Assembly: GCF_032191835.1 (NCBI RefSeq)
Contig: NC_083232.1
Location: 868,001 to 932,000 of the forward strand
Source of the DNA: Heteronotia binoei
Taxonomy: Eukaryota
DNA length: 64,000 nt
Direction: 5' to 3'
In this document: in pieces, positions 23,232-35,286 of the stretch
Numbering within the stretch: position 1 is the first letter of the stretch
How the letters are laid out: every line of letters begins with the position of its first letter
Made by a program: the position numbers and the translations under genes
The notes under the pieces: model-generated
The model's database searches: none
What the model saw: only the letters and a program-made list of their open reading frames with translations
Told to the model about the DNA's origin: nothing

Positions 23232-23837
23232 CTCTGAGTCAAGCATCTGCCTGCAATGGGGAGGCACCTGCTTTGGATGGGCCCTCCCTCCCTCCTTGCC
23301 AGGGAATGCAAGGAGCACTCCAAGGCGCTGCGGAGAAAAGCCAGGCTCGGCTCAATGGTTTGGTCTCCATTTCCGAAGAAAGGAACCCCTGGAGTGGCTA
23401 CTGGGACAGAGGCCCAGGGCTGCAGGTGCAGCTAGTCTGTGAGTCCACAGCCCTGCCTCCCTGAGATAAGTGCAGGAAGCAGCCCAAAGCGCCCAGTTCC
23501 ACTCAAAAACCCTTTGGGTCTTGTCCCCAGGCCTCAAAAAGCACCAGGAATTCTACCAGGGATTGCCTCTCTGGCCCCTGTGTTGCCACGCTCCAGATAG
23601 GGCCTGGAGATCTACTGGAACGGTCAGCTCCCTTGGAGGGAAGGGCTGCTCTGGAGGGTGGTCTCTGTGGCAGTCTATCCTGCAGAATTCCCTCCCCTCC
23701 CCAACCCCCCCCCTCCCCAGCTCTACTTCCAAAGCTCCAGGAATTCCCCAGCCTGGAGTTGGCAGCCCTCACTGGCCCTCAGGACCAAACGCAAGAAAAG
23801 CATCATGACCAAGAAGAGGGGTCTAAGCAAATGGAAT

Positions 23838-23843
23838 TTTATT
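23838..23843 (-). terminator. Candidate polyadenylation signal of the unidentified ZNF gene
   Basis: AATAAA on the minus strand ~2.3 kb downstream of the stop at 26105. Confidence 0.4.
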
Positions 23844-26104
23844 CAAGGGAGAAAGAGGTTCAAGTGGGGAGGGGCAGGGCCATCAGGTGGGTCAGACAAA
23901 AGTCACCCCCCCCCCGCCCTAGAGCATGCCTTCAGGGGCTGCTGCACCAGAACCAGGTGGCAGAATCACCACAAAAGGATTTCTCTCTGGCCTCTGGTCC
24001 CGGGCATGGCCCTAAGAAGCACCCTGGGGGGGGGGGGGGCTTTTGCTTCTTCCTTCCTTCAGGAGCCCACCTTCCCCAAGGCCGTGTCGCCTTCTCACAG
24101 GCTGGGGCTGCTGGCCTCTACATAAGGGTCAACACTGGGGCTCCCTTTCAACAGCCTACTCTGCAAGCAGAGACCTCCATGCAGAAGAGCCAAACTCCAC
24201 CTGCCCTTCCTCCGAGTGGCGAATGTCCCCCGCCAGGAAGGGCGACTTCTGTTCTTTTGAGAGCAAAGATACCCCAAGCTGAACGCAGCCTCTTCACAAA
24301 GGCTGGCGGCTTGCTGGGTGCTCGACTCCCTCTCAGCTGCCTTGCTTCGGTTCCTCTCCCCCCAACCGCCTCTCCTCCATCCCCCAGGAAATCCCTGCAG
24401 ACTCCAGCAAGGGCTGCAAAGCAACACACGCTGGATTCTGCTCCAGCCACACAGGCCTCTTTGCACCAGGACAAAGCGGTTTCCCACCCCCACCCCGGCT
24501 CAACAATGAACTCACCCAAACTCTGACAAGCTGGATTTATGAACTGTTCCAGAACAAGGACACAGGAAAGAGAACAAGTTCCTTTTTTTTTTCCACACAG
24601 CAATCTGGCAACACGAATTTGGGTTTCAGAAAAATCTCAGTTGGCTGTGTACAGTTTGAACTGGAGTGTTTTAAATGCTTTAAACGCAGGTAACGGGTTA
24701 ACTGGCAAGCTTAATCAACGGAAGATTTGGAACACACAACCAGAGGTTGCTGAGGCCTGAAGGAAACAAGCAGGCTTCAGTGGAACAGCAATGGCCGTCG
24801 GAGGGAAGCCCCCCCAGAGCCTCAGACCAGCCCCTCCCTGGCACGCATAGAGAACTCCTTGATGCAGCTCCACCCAAATGCAAAGCAAGTAACAAGAGTT
24901 TTCCCTGTAAGGATTCTCTGGCAACATCATGCGCGATCCCTCTCTGCCCAGAACATTCCCCAAGATTCAGAGCACAGAAACGGCTTTGGCATAACAGCAG
25001 CATCTAGACACAAATTTCTGTATTTTGCCTGTCCAAAAAGGCCCACCCCCACCCATCACGGAGCTTTCCCTCTCTCCTGGGACAAGGCCACACCCCAGCC
25101 CTCTGGGCACTTCTCTCTCTTCTGCAGACCCTCTCCACAACCCGGGGCCCAGACATTGGCACTCCTCTGCGGGTTTTTGGATGTCCAATGCGACTTCTGC
25201 TGCAGCCAGAGGCTGGGCTGTTTTGCCTTCCCTGGGGTGCGCTACGGATGGTGTCCTCTGGTATGCAGAGGGTCGGAACCACTGGCAGGTGGAAATGGCA
25301 AGGAAGTGGGGAGGGAAGAGCTTCCACAAGGCCTCTCTCTCTCTCTCTCTCGGGCTACACCTGCTGCAAGGGCCTGACGCCCCTCCCCAGTGCATGCCAT
25401 CAAGCATCTGTGTCAAGGGAGATACTGCCTGCCTTTGGCACCTACCTGGGGGGATCCACAGGACCAAAAGAACACAGCAGCCTGTTGCTGAAACACTCCA
25501 CGCACTTGTCTTGGAGTGGGTGGGTGGGTGGGTAGGATTTAGTTGCTTGGCAACACTCATGCACCTGAGGATAGGAAACAACTGTGGGGAGCGGCATGCA
25601 ACTTTGGCCCGAGAACAAGGTCTGTACAAGAACAAAAACATGGATGGACGCAACTTTGGCTGGTTGACAGGATAACAGTGAAAAACTGCTCCAGGCAAAG
25701 ACAGCCGGTTCTGCCACCCCACCCCCACCCCCCTGAGATGAGCCAGGGAAGGAGACCCCATCAGTGGGAATCAGGCTTGACTTTGGAACAGACAGAAAGG
25801 GTCTCTTTTAGCATGTCCCCCCCACCCCCTGCCCCGGAAGCAACACTCTGGCTTGATGTCAGACAGGCTCCTGACCTTTGCAGGGCATCCCAAGCAATGC
25901 GTTCAGGGTTCCCCTCCCCCTGGGGCAGCCCCAGCCACCCAGGACCTCCCCCTTTTTCAAGTATACACCCAGGATTCCCCAGTCCCATGAAAACTGCCAG
26001 CACCCACCCACCCACCCCACTCCCACTGGGATGTTGCTTGCAGAAAGCTCCTTCCCCCGCAGCCCTGCGTCCCCAGCGCTCACGCCCCATCCCGCCAGGC
26101 CATC

Positions 26105-26979
26105 TCAGCTGAGCGTCTCCTCGCCCCGGTGGCTCCGCCGGTGGGCAGCCAGGTTCCCCTTCTGGGCAAAAGCCTTCCCACACGTCAGGCACCGGAAAGG
26201 GGCATCCCCCGCCTCCTTCTGGCCCAGGGGCCTCCTGCCCTCCTCGCATGGCAGCAGCAGCCGCCCTCCCTGGTGGGTTCTCTGGTGGCTGCTCTTGCCG
26301 CTGAAATCTTCCGCGCCCTCCTGGCACGCAAAGGCGGCCCCGTTCCGGTGGGGCTTCTCCCCCTGGCGCTTGGCCCGGAGCGGCCTCTGCCCGAAGCTCT
26401 CTGCGCAGCCGTCGCTTTCCGAGTGGGGCCTCTCCCGGCCGTGTGTCCGTGGGCGGGCGGAGGCCTCCCGCTTCCCCTCGGGGGCCACCCCGCAGTCCCC
26501 CTTCTGGTGGGCCAGGAGAAGCCGCTGCTCCCGGAAGCTCTTCCCGCACACCGCGCAGGGCCAGGCCTTCTCCCCGCCGGCATGCACCCGCTGATGGGTG
26601 AGCAAGTTCTGCTTGAGGCTGAAGTGTTTCCCGCAGACGCCGCAGCCGAAGGGCTTCTCACCGGTGTGGATCCGCTGGTGGATGATGAGGTTGTGCTTGA
26701 GGCTGAAGCCCCGGCCGCACTCGGGGCAGAGGAAGGCCCGCTCCCCGGCGTGCTGCTGCTTCTGGTGCCGCAGGAGGCTCAGGGGCTGGCGGAAGCTCTC
26801 CCCACACACCAGGCACTTGTGCTCCTCCTCCTCCACCTGGCTGTGGATGACCAAGGCGTTCTCGTCCCCCGAGCCCTCCTCCCAAGCGGGGAACAGGAAG
26901 GGCCCTTCCGCCGGCGGGGAGCCCTGGGGGGCTGGGGGGCTTGACTCCTTGTCCCCCTCCGCAGGGCTGTCGCCACCTC
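26105..26979 (-). CDS. Terminal zinc-finger exon of an unidentified C2H2 ZNF gene
   Basis: Acceptor ttcctctccAG| at 26980, phase 1. Fingers CLVC..HQKQQH, CPEC..SLKHNLIIHQRIH, CGVC..SLKQNLLTHQRVH, CAVC..HQKGDC and CLTC..QKGNLAAHRRSH. TGEKP linkers. TGA at 26105-26107. Confidence 0.9.
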
Positions 26980-27209
26980 CTGGAGAGGAACACAGCAGGG
27001 GCATCTGTGAGCAACCTGGCCTGGCCGCTTAGAACCCAGACAACAACCTCCCCCCTCGCCCCACCCACAACCCCTAAGCAAAACAAAGAGGCCAGGCCTG
27101 CCCGGCCTGCGGGGTGCCCACGATGGTCCTCAGGAAGCCACCTGAGTGGCCCTCGGGCATCGCTCAGACCTCCCTGCGCTCCATGGGAAAGACCCCACTT
27201 GGGAGTCAG

Positions 27210-28427
27210 GAAGAAGATATTGGATTTCGATCCCGCCCTATACTCTGAATCTCAGAGTGATCTCCTTTATCTCCCCCCACCCCGCCCACAACAGACATCC
27301 TGAGGTGGGTGGGGCTGAGAGAGCTTTTTACAGCAGCTGCCCTTTCAAGGACAACTCCTGCGAGAGCTCTGGCTGCCCCAAGGCCATTCCAGCAGCTGCA
27401 AGTAGAGGAGTGGGGATTCAAACCCGGTTCTCCCAGATAAGAGTCCGCGCAGTTAACCACTACACCCAACTGGCTCTCTATTAGAGCTATGGCTGACGCA
27501 AGGGCATTCCAGCAGCTGCAAGTGGAGGAGTGGGGACTCAAACCCAGTTCTCCCAGATAAGAGTCCATGCACTTAGCCACTACACCCAACTGGCTCTCTA
27601 TTAGAGCTCTGGCTGACCCAAGGCAATGCTAGCAGGTGCAAGTGGAGGAATGGGGAATCAAACCCGGTTCTCCCAGATAAGAGTCTGCGCACTTAACCAC
27701 TACGCCCAACTGGCTCTCTATAGAGCTCTGGCTGACCCAAGGCCATTCCAGCTGCTGCAAGTGGAGGAGTGAGGAATCAAACCTGGTTCTCCCAGATAAG
27801 AGTCCACACACTTAACCACTACACCAAACTGGCTCTCTATTAGAGCTATGGCTGACGCAAGGCCATTCCGGGAGGTGCAAGTGGAGGAGTGGGGAATCAA
27901 ACCTGGTTCTCCCAGATAAGAGTCCATGCACTTAACCTCTACACCAAACTGGCTCTCTATTAGAGCTATGGCTGACCCAAGGCCATTCCAGCAGCTGCAA
28001 GTGGAGGAGTGGGGAATCAGACCCGGTTCTCCCAGATAAGAGTCCGCACACTTAACCACTACACCAAACTGGCTCTCTGTAGAGCTCTGGCTGACCCAAG
28101 GCCATTCCAGCAGCTGCAAGTGGAGGAGTGAGGAATCAAACCTGGTTCTCCCAGATAAGAGTCCACACACTTAACCACTACACCAAACTGGCTCTCTATT
28201 AGAGCTATGGCTGACGCAAGGCCATTCCGGGAGGTGCAAGTGGAGGAGTGGGGAATCAAACCCGGTTCTCCCAGATAAGAGTCGACACACTTAACCACTA
28301 CACCAAACTGGCTCTCTATTAGAGCTATGGCTGACCTAAGGCCATTCCAGGAGGTGCTAGTGGGGAATTAAACCTGGTTCTCCCAGATAAGACTCTGCGC
28401 ACTTTACCACCACACCCAAGTGGCTCT
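27210..28427 (-). repeat. Squam3-like SINE (27210-27477) extended by eight tandem 119-120-bp head units
   Basis: Units end at 27597, 27717, 27836, 27956, 28076, 28195, 28315 and 28427 (the last is shortened). Confidence 0.9.
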
Positions 28428-28779
28428 TCCCTGCAATCCCCCCTGGGCCAGTTTGGCCACAGATCCTGGAGAGGGGCTTTTGGCCGCCTTCTGGGCAGGG
28501 GTCACTGGGGGTGTGGGTGGGGGAGGTATTTCTGTGGCAGAGGGTTGGATTAGATGACCCTGGAGGTCCCTTCCCACTCTGTGCTTCTAGGAGGTGCTGC
28601 AAGACCCAGCGTTTGGCAGGGCTTGGGAGGGGGCACTTTTAGCAGGGGGAAGAGGAAGAGATCAGAGGGCTGCCGTTTTATTTTTGGGTTTAGCAGAGGC
28701 TGTTTCACTGAATTATCAGACAAGAGCCAGAGCCCAGGCAGGGGAGGGGAGGGGCTGGCCTGACTCCTGAAGAAGAAAC

Positions 28780-30320
28780 CTCCTCCCTCCCCCCTCCGTG
28801 GGTCTTTCGGGCGCTGCTGCTGTCTTTGCTGCCCCTGCAGCCCCTGCATGCCTTCCTGCCAGCCGCCCGGCCTGAGCCACGACACAAGGGGGGGGGGGGG
28901 GGCGGAATATGTTCCCAGGCCAGGCTTCTGGCGGGCCAAGGAAGAGGGGCTCCGGCCCCACTATTTTGCAGGCCACGGGCTCGGCCAGGGGCAGGACCGG
29001 GTCCGGAGGGAGGGGCGGGGGGGCTGCTGGGCTGGAGGAGGCGCGCGAGATTCTCACCCAGGCCCAGCGGGGCTTTGCAGTGCATTGGCGAGCGGCACCC
29101 GCAGGCATGCCCCGTCGGAAGGAGGAGACCCTCCCTCGCCTTCTCTGCGGGGGACCCTGCGGGAGTAGCCTGCCGGGACACGCCGCTTCCTGCCCGGCCG
29201 AGGTCCCGGAGCCGGTTTGTCTGCAGCAGCCCCGGGAAGGCGATGACACCAACGCCGCCTCGGCCGGGGAGAAGACTACGCGCCCCAGCATGCAGCGGGA
29301 CAAGAGCCCGGCGGGCCCCACGGGCGGGCGAAGCGGGGCCTGCCGGGGCTTGTAGTCCTCGGCGGTGGGGGGGAGGGGGCGCCCGGGGCCACGGCTCCAG
29401 CCTCTCCTGCAGCGCGACCTCAGGCTGCCCGGGGCGGAGGGGGGGGGGAGGGGGGGGAGGGGCGCCGCCCCAAAGCCCCCCTCCCCCGGGGACCCCCGCC
29501 CGCCCTCTCCCCTCCGCTCCCCTCCTGGAAGGGCAAGGCGACCCGCCCAAGGTCAGGCGGCGCGGCAGTGGCAGAGGGCGGCAGCAGCCCCCAGCCCCAC
29601 CCACTCCCCCCCGCCCGGCCACGTGCGCCGCCCAGGCCCGGCCTGCCGCAGGGTGTTGCACCGCCCCGACAGCGCGCCCCGGCCGGCTGCTGGTGCCATG
29701 GGGGGCGGGAGGAGGCAGCAGCCCCTCTCTCATCCCCGCTCCCCTCCCCTCCCCGGCCGGCCGGCCACCCACCTGCCTCCAGCGCCTCCTCCTCCTCCCG
29801 CTCTTGCCGCAGCTCCTCTGCCCGGGCCGCCGTCGAGGCTGGGGCCCGGGCCGCGCGGGGCTTGCTGCGCTGCATGATCGCTTCGCTCGGCCGCCGCCGC
29901 CCTGCCTGCCGAAGAGCCCGATGCGGCCCCGCAGGCTGGCGCGCCTGGCCTGCGCGGGTGGAGCCAGCGGCAGGAGGAGGAGGAGCCGGGCGGCGCCGAT
30001 GCGCCTCTGCTGCTCCCGCAGGTCTGCCTTACTGCCCGCCTGCCTGCCTCCCTCGGCTCGCTGCTCGCCCGGCCCGCCCCGTTTAAAGGCAGGCCCAGCG
30101 CCGCCGCCTCTTGGGGCAGGGAGTTCCGGGGGCGAAGCGCCCGCAGCATGCAGAAAGCGCCGCCCGCCTCCGCGGCACACACGACGCCTCGCCGCTCAGG
30201 TTGCCAACAGGCCTGGAGAGAAGCGCCTTGGCCCCGCCCGCGCCAACCGGATCTCGCCCGAGCTCAGCAGCGGGGGGGGGGGGGGGCTCAAGGAAGGCAG
30301 GCCGGGGCAAGCAAACCGTC
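28780..30320. promoter_or_regulatory. CpG island / promoter of the unidentified ZNF gene
   Basis: Extreme GC and CpG density with GC boxes. Confidence 0.8.
29773..29875 (-). CDS. Candidate first coding exon of the unidentified ZNF gene
   Basis: ATG at 29875 gives MQRSKPRAARAPASTAARAEELRQEREEEEALEA, then G|GTGGGT. 103 nt, phase 1, compatible with the 26979 acceptor. No homology support. Confidence 0.4.
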
Positions 30321-30499
30321 TCTGGCTGCAGGTCTTCCTCTTTGTTTTCAGATTTCTGTCCTCCAGGCCCTCTGGTGTTATTCATTGGATGTCTCATCTT
30401 GCTGACTATATTGAGTGTCAGAGAGACAGGCGGCCTATAAGTGTCACAGAGTGTCAGAGAGACAGGCGGCCTATAAGTAACCCACTCAAATAAACATGT

Positions 30500-31830
30500 T
30501 GTGTCTTCCGGCTTCATAGAATCTGGATCGAGGCGGCATGGCGGTGCTGACGCTACTAGATCTGTTGGCCGCATTCCATACGGTCGACCATCAGCTACTG
30601 ACCCGCTGCCTCGCCGACATAGGGGTTAGGGGGCTAGCCCTATAATGGCTTTCCTCCTTCCTCAAGGGATGGGGACAAAGGGTGGCAATCGGGGGTGAGC
30701 TGTCCCAGAGGCGCACACTAGATTGTGGGGTGCTGCAGGGAGCAGTTCTCTCCCCGATGCTATTTAACATCTATATGTGCCCCCTTGCCCAGATGCCCGG
30801 AGGTACGGGCCTGGGTGTCACCAATATGCAGATGATATGCAGCTCTATCTGCTAATGGATGGCCGGCCTGACTGCGTCCCAGGGAATCTGGACCTGGCTT
30901 TGCAGGCCGTGGCAACCTGGCTTAGGCTGAGCGGGCTGAAGCTGAACCCGACAAAGACAGAGGTCCTTTGCGTGGGCTGCAGCGCCCTAGGGAGAGAAAT
31001 ACCTCTCCCGGTTTTTGACTGTCAAGAGCTTGGGAGTTCTACTGGAGTCTTCGTTATCAATGGAGGCCCAGATAGCAGCCACCGCCAAGTCGGCATTCTT
31101 TCACCTGAGGCGGGCAAGGCAGTTGGCTCCCTTCCTGGAGCGCTGGGACCTAGCAACAGTGATCCATGCAACGGTCACCTCAAGCCCTCTACATGGGGCT
31201 GCCTCTGTGCCGAACCCGGAGGTTGCAGCTGGTGCAGAACGTGGCGGCTAGGCTGACGTTGGGGCTCCCAAAGTGGGAGCACATACAGCTGGGGCTACGC
31301 GGACTGCACTGGTTGCCAATTACTTACCGGGTTCGTTACAAAGTGCTGGTTATTACCCTATATGGCCGAGGACCTGCCTACCTGAGGGACCGTCTCTCCC
31401 CATACGAACCCCAGAGAGCACTGAGGTCAGCAGGGAAGAACCAGCTGACTATCCCCGGACCAAAGGAGGCCAAACTACAAAATACTCGCACACGGGCCTT
31501 CTCTATCGCAGCTCCACACCTATGGAACCAGCTCCCGGAAGAAGTGTGCGCCTTGCGGAGCCTTGACCAGTTCCGCAGGGCCTGCAAGACCACCCTTTTC
31601 AGGATGGCCTTTGCCGGCTGAGCGACTGATGTTGGGTGACTTCTGTCACTATTATCTTATGAATAGAATTAGCACCTGAAATTTTTTGTATTGTATTTGG
31701 TTAAATTGGAATGTTTTAAAACTAATGTGATTTTAAACCTTTGTATAACTATATGAATATGTTGTTAGCTGCCCTGAGCCCGCTCCGGCGGGGAGGGCGG
31801 GATATAAATAAAATTTTATTATTATTATTA
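30500..31830 (+). mobile_element. L2 LINE RT 3' portion, degenerate
   Basis: LLDL.AAF.TVDH, HQYADD.QLY, LKLNPTKTEV, RLQLVQN.AARL and LHWLPI motifs. L2-type tail ending gggcgggatataaat...(tta)n. Confidence 0.9.
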
Positions 31831-31833
31831 TTA

Positions 31834-32780
31834 GAGCTGGAAGGGGGCTCCAGGGTCATCCAACTCCCTGCACGAGGCAGGAAATTCACAAATACCCCCC
31901 CCCATGACCCCTGCAGGCTCCATGCCCAGAAGGTGACACAAATGGCAAAACTTGCTTGGAGAAAAAATGATGTCTGACCCCAAAGTGGCCACCAGCATTT
32001 TCCTGGGCGTGTCAGAAAGGGCCAGGAGAACTAAGCCCTGATGCAGCCCTTCCTGCCCTCCTTCTCATCATCTGCCTAATTCACAGGATCCTCATTGCTG
32101 TCAGATGGCCATCTAGCCCCTGTTGAAAAACCTCCAAGGAAGGAGAGCCCACCACCTCCCGAGGAGGAAGCCTGTTCCACTGAGGAACCGCTCTCACTGT
32201 TGGGAAGTTCTTCCTAACGTTGAGATGGAAACTCTTTTGATTTAATTTCAACCCATTTGGTTCTGGTCCGACCTTCTGAGGCCACAGAAAACAATTCCAC
32301 CCCATCCTCTATAGGACAGCCCTTCAAGTCCTTGAAGATGGGGATCCTATCACCTCTCAGCCACCTCCTCTGCAGGCTAAACAGGCCCAGCCCCTTCAAC
32401 CTTTCCTCATAGGACTTGGTCTCCAGACCCCTCACCATCTTCGTCGCCCTCCTCTGGACCCCTCCCAGCTTGTCTATATCCTCCTTAAAATGTGGTGCCG
32501 AAAACTGAACACAGTGCTCCAGGTGAGCACTGTGTTTCCAGAGCAGAGTAAAACGATACCATCTCTTCACGTGATCTATACTTCTGTTGATACAGCCCAA
32601 AATTGCATTTGCCTTTTTAGCCACCGCACCACACTGTTGACTCATGTTCAGCGTATGATCCACTAAGACCTGTAGATCCTTTTTGCACATACTACTGCTA
32701 AGACAAATCTCCCCCATCTTATAATTATGCACTGGATTATTCCTGCCTAAATGCAGAACTTTTTATTTATCCCTGTTAAA
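31834..32780 (-). mobile_element. CR1 RT C-terminus and 3' UTR
   Basis: [34 protein letters not shown], followed by the CR1 3' UTR. Confidence 0.9.
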
Positions 32781-33509
32781 ATTTGTTTTATTTGCTTCAG
32801 AGGCAAATACCTGACTCCTTCCCAGGGAGGGGACGTTGGGAAGGCTGAGAAGACTGCAAGCCACGTGAGGTTCAAGGAGACAGGCCCAGCGGAGACAGGT
32901 GGCCAGTGCTTCATTTCCTACGCCAGGTCTGCAGAAGGCATTGCCAGACATCAGGCTCTGAAGCCTCTTTACTGAGTCTCTCTTCTGTCCAAACTGGCTC
33001 CACCCCTGTCTCATGAAGCCCCTCCTCTTTGCTCCCAGACTCCGCCCCTGGCAGGTGACAGTCTAAGTACCGAGAGGACAGGGCAGCCTGCCTTCTGAAC
33101 AGCATATTTGGGGCGGGGGCTTGGGCCCACAACCGGTTCCCCCCCACCCCTTCAAAATCACAGCTGATGTGGAGGGGGGGGCTGCACTCCATTCGCCTTG
33201 CTGCCTCAACACAGCAACCTTGCAAGGCAGGCCAGGGGAGTGCAGGTGCTGCTGAGGAGAAGGGCGACAAGTACTCCTAGCAATGCCCCCCACCCTCAGA
33301 CAGGGAAGGGGAGCCAGGAAGCAATATAACCCTAAGGGGGGGGGGCACCAAGGCATCCAGAGCAGCCTGGTTGTAGGCAACCAGCCCCACCTGCCCAAAC
33401 AATCCAGCCCAGCCTTTCCTGCCTGCAGACACAGCTGGGGGGAGGAGAGCAGGACCCTTCTCTGGTAGGACCCCCAGCAAGGGTGGGGGAAGACCCCAAG
33501 CCCCCTGGA

Positions 33510-33912
33510 GAGCCAGTTTGGTGAAGTGGTTAAGTGTGTGTACTCTTATCTGGGAGAACCAAGTTTGATTCCTCCCTCCTCCACTTGCACCTGCTGGAAT
33601 GGTCTTGTCAGCCATAGCTCTATTAGGTAGCCAGTTTGGTGTAGTGGTTAAGTGCGTGGACTCTTATCTGGGAGAACTGGGTTTGATCCCCCACTCCTCC
33701 ACTTGCACCTGCTAGAATGGCTTTGGGTCAGCCATAGCTCTGGCAGAGGTTGTCCTTGAAAGGGCAGCTGCTGTGAGAGCCCTCTCCAGCCCCACCCACC
33801 TCACAGGGTGTCTGTTGTGGGGGAGGAAGGTAAAGGAGTTTGTGAGCCGCTCTGAGACTCTTTGGAGTGGAGGGCGGGATATAAACCCAATATCTTCTTC
33901 TTCTTCTTCTTC
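33510..33912 (+). mobile_element. Squam3-like SINE preceded by one extra head unit
   Basis: Head 33510-33627 joined via atagctctattag to a full copy ending in (ttc)n. Confidence 0.85.
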
Positions 33913-34449
33913 TCTCCCCATGCAGGCTGGCAAAGAGATGGACAGTCCCTTGGGCAGTTCTGTCACTTCAAGACAAGCAAAGGGAAAGGTGGTGGTGGGG
34001 AAGCCTCTTGGAAGGAAGGCACCTGGGGCCAAAGACATACTGATGGGGGGGCTCTGCACAGCTGCTGCTGCTGACCCCCCCCCCCCCGAGATCCCCAGCC
34101 CTGGGGCTCCTGTCAGAAGTCTCTGGCACTCTGGGAGGATCAATTTCAAGCAAGGTGATTTCCAGTAGTTGCCACGGAGGGGAAAAGATCATTGATCGAA
34201 ATCAGAGCACATTAGAACTAAAGGAAGCTCTGGCGCTACCTCTGAGCACACCCCATGAGTTAAGTTTCTTAATTATTTAACAATAGTTTACAACTTAGAA
34301 TACAGTCCTTATTTTGCATAACTTCTTTTAAATTTTATGGCTATCCAGACTAAATGGCGAAACCACACTGTTTTATCATGTGACCACAGCCAGTTTGCCC
34401 TCTTAACCAACAAACTGCATGTATTTCAGCCCACTATACCTGACCCCCT

Positions 34450-34545
34450 CGTCTGATGAAGTGTGCTTAGAGAGCACACGAAAGCTGACGTTCTCAATAA
34501 AACTTGGTTGGTCTTAAAGGTGGAAATTGACTCCTGCTTTGTTCA
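34450..34545 (+). mobile_element. Penelope-like 3' end with hammerhead motif
   Basis: cgt-CTGATGA-a-gtgtgct-tagag-agcacac-GAAA-gctg-acg (34450-34490), then AATAAA and ttggtcttaaaggtg. Confidence 0.75.
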
Positions 34546-34977
34546 AATTCTTTTAAATTGTTTCCTTAAAGAATACATTGCTTGGTTTTAGGATGCTTCC
34601 TGCGCATTAACCTTTGGAGTGGAGGGCGGGATATAAATCCAATATCTTCTTCTTCTTCTTCTCTTGCTAGCTGAAGCGAAGGGTGCAGAGGGCGGGGCAG
34701 GACGGGCAGAATCATCGCCCCCTGGACCTCCCCAGGGTTCCTTCCCACCTTAGACTGCCCCTTCCTTTCTGCCTGGCCATGCCCACACCACAGAGTCACT
34801 CTGGGCTACAACCAGGAGGAAAGGCCAGGTCCGGAGTGAAAGGGCCCCCAGCTGGACCAGGGCAGCCTTGTCAGAAGGGCTCAGCATCTTGCCCCATTTG
34901 TAAAGAAAACCCATGAGAATGTTTTCTTTGCAAAGAAAAGAAGTGCTTCATAGAATAATAAGACAGTCATAAAGTCA

Positions 34978-35286
34978 GGGAAGCGGTCTCGTGGTGCAGA
35001 GTGGTGGAGCAGCAGTACTGCAGTACTGTGGTCTGAACTCTCTGCTCACGACCTGAGTTCGATTCCAGCGGAAGTTGGTTCAAGTAGCTGGCTTGAGGTT
35101 GACTCAGCCTTCCAGCCTTCCAAGGTCGGTGAAATGAGTCCCCAGCTTGCTGGGGGGAAAGCGTAGATGACTGGGGAAGGCAATGGCAAACCACCCCGTA
35201 AAAAGTCTGCCATGAAAACGTTGTGAAAGCAACGTCACCCCAGAGTGGGAAACGACTGGTGCTTGCACAGGGGACCTTTCCTTTCC
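34978..35286 (+). mobile_element. Sauria SINE
   Basis: Family sequence. 10-bp TSD cataaagtca at 34968-34977 and 35287-35296. Confidence 0.9.

Noticed and set aside
23633-24526. 297-aa plus-strand ORF
   Set aside because: No recognisable domain or splice structure. Probably antisense to the 3' UTR of the ZNF gene.
27478-28427. CRISPR-like appearance of regular arrays (also 17491-17970 and 52977-54570)
   Set aside because: The units are wholly repeated with no unique spacers, the context is eukaryotic, and there are no cas genes.
29058-29220. Internal exon of the unidentified ZNF gene
   Set aside because: It has AG/GT ends, but 163 nt does not preserve phase 1-1 between the candidate first exon and the terminal exon.
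28705-30493. 491-aa and 555-aa ORFs and many overlapping ORFs
   Set aside because: Stop-poor frames expected in a CpG island. Low-complexity G/P/R/A content with no domain. The same applies to ORFs at 6292-7062, 49467-50695 and 59259-59958.
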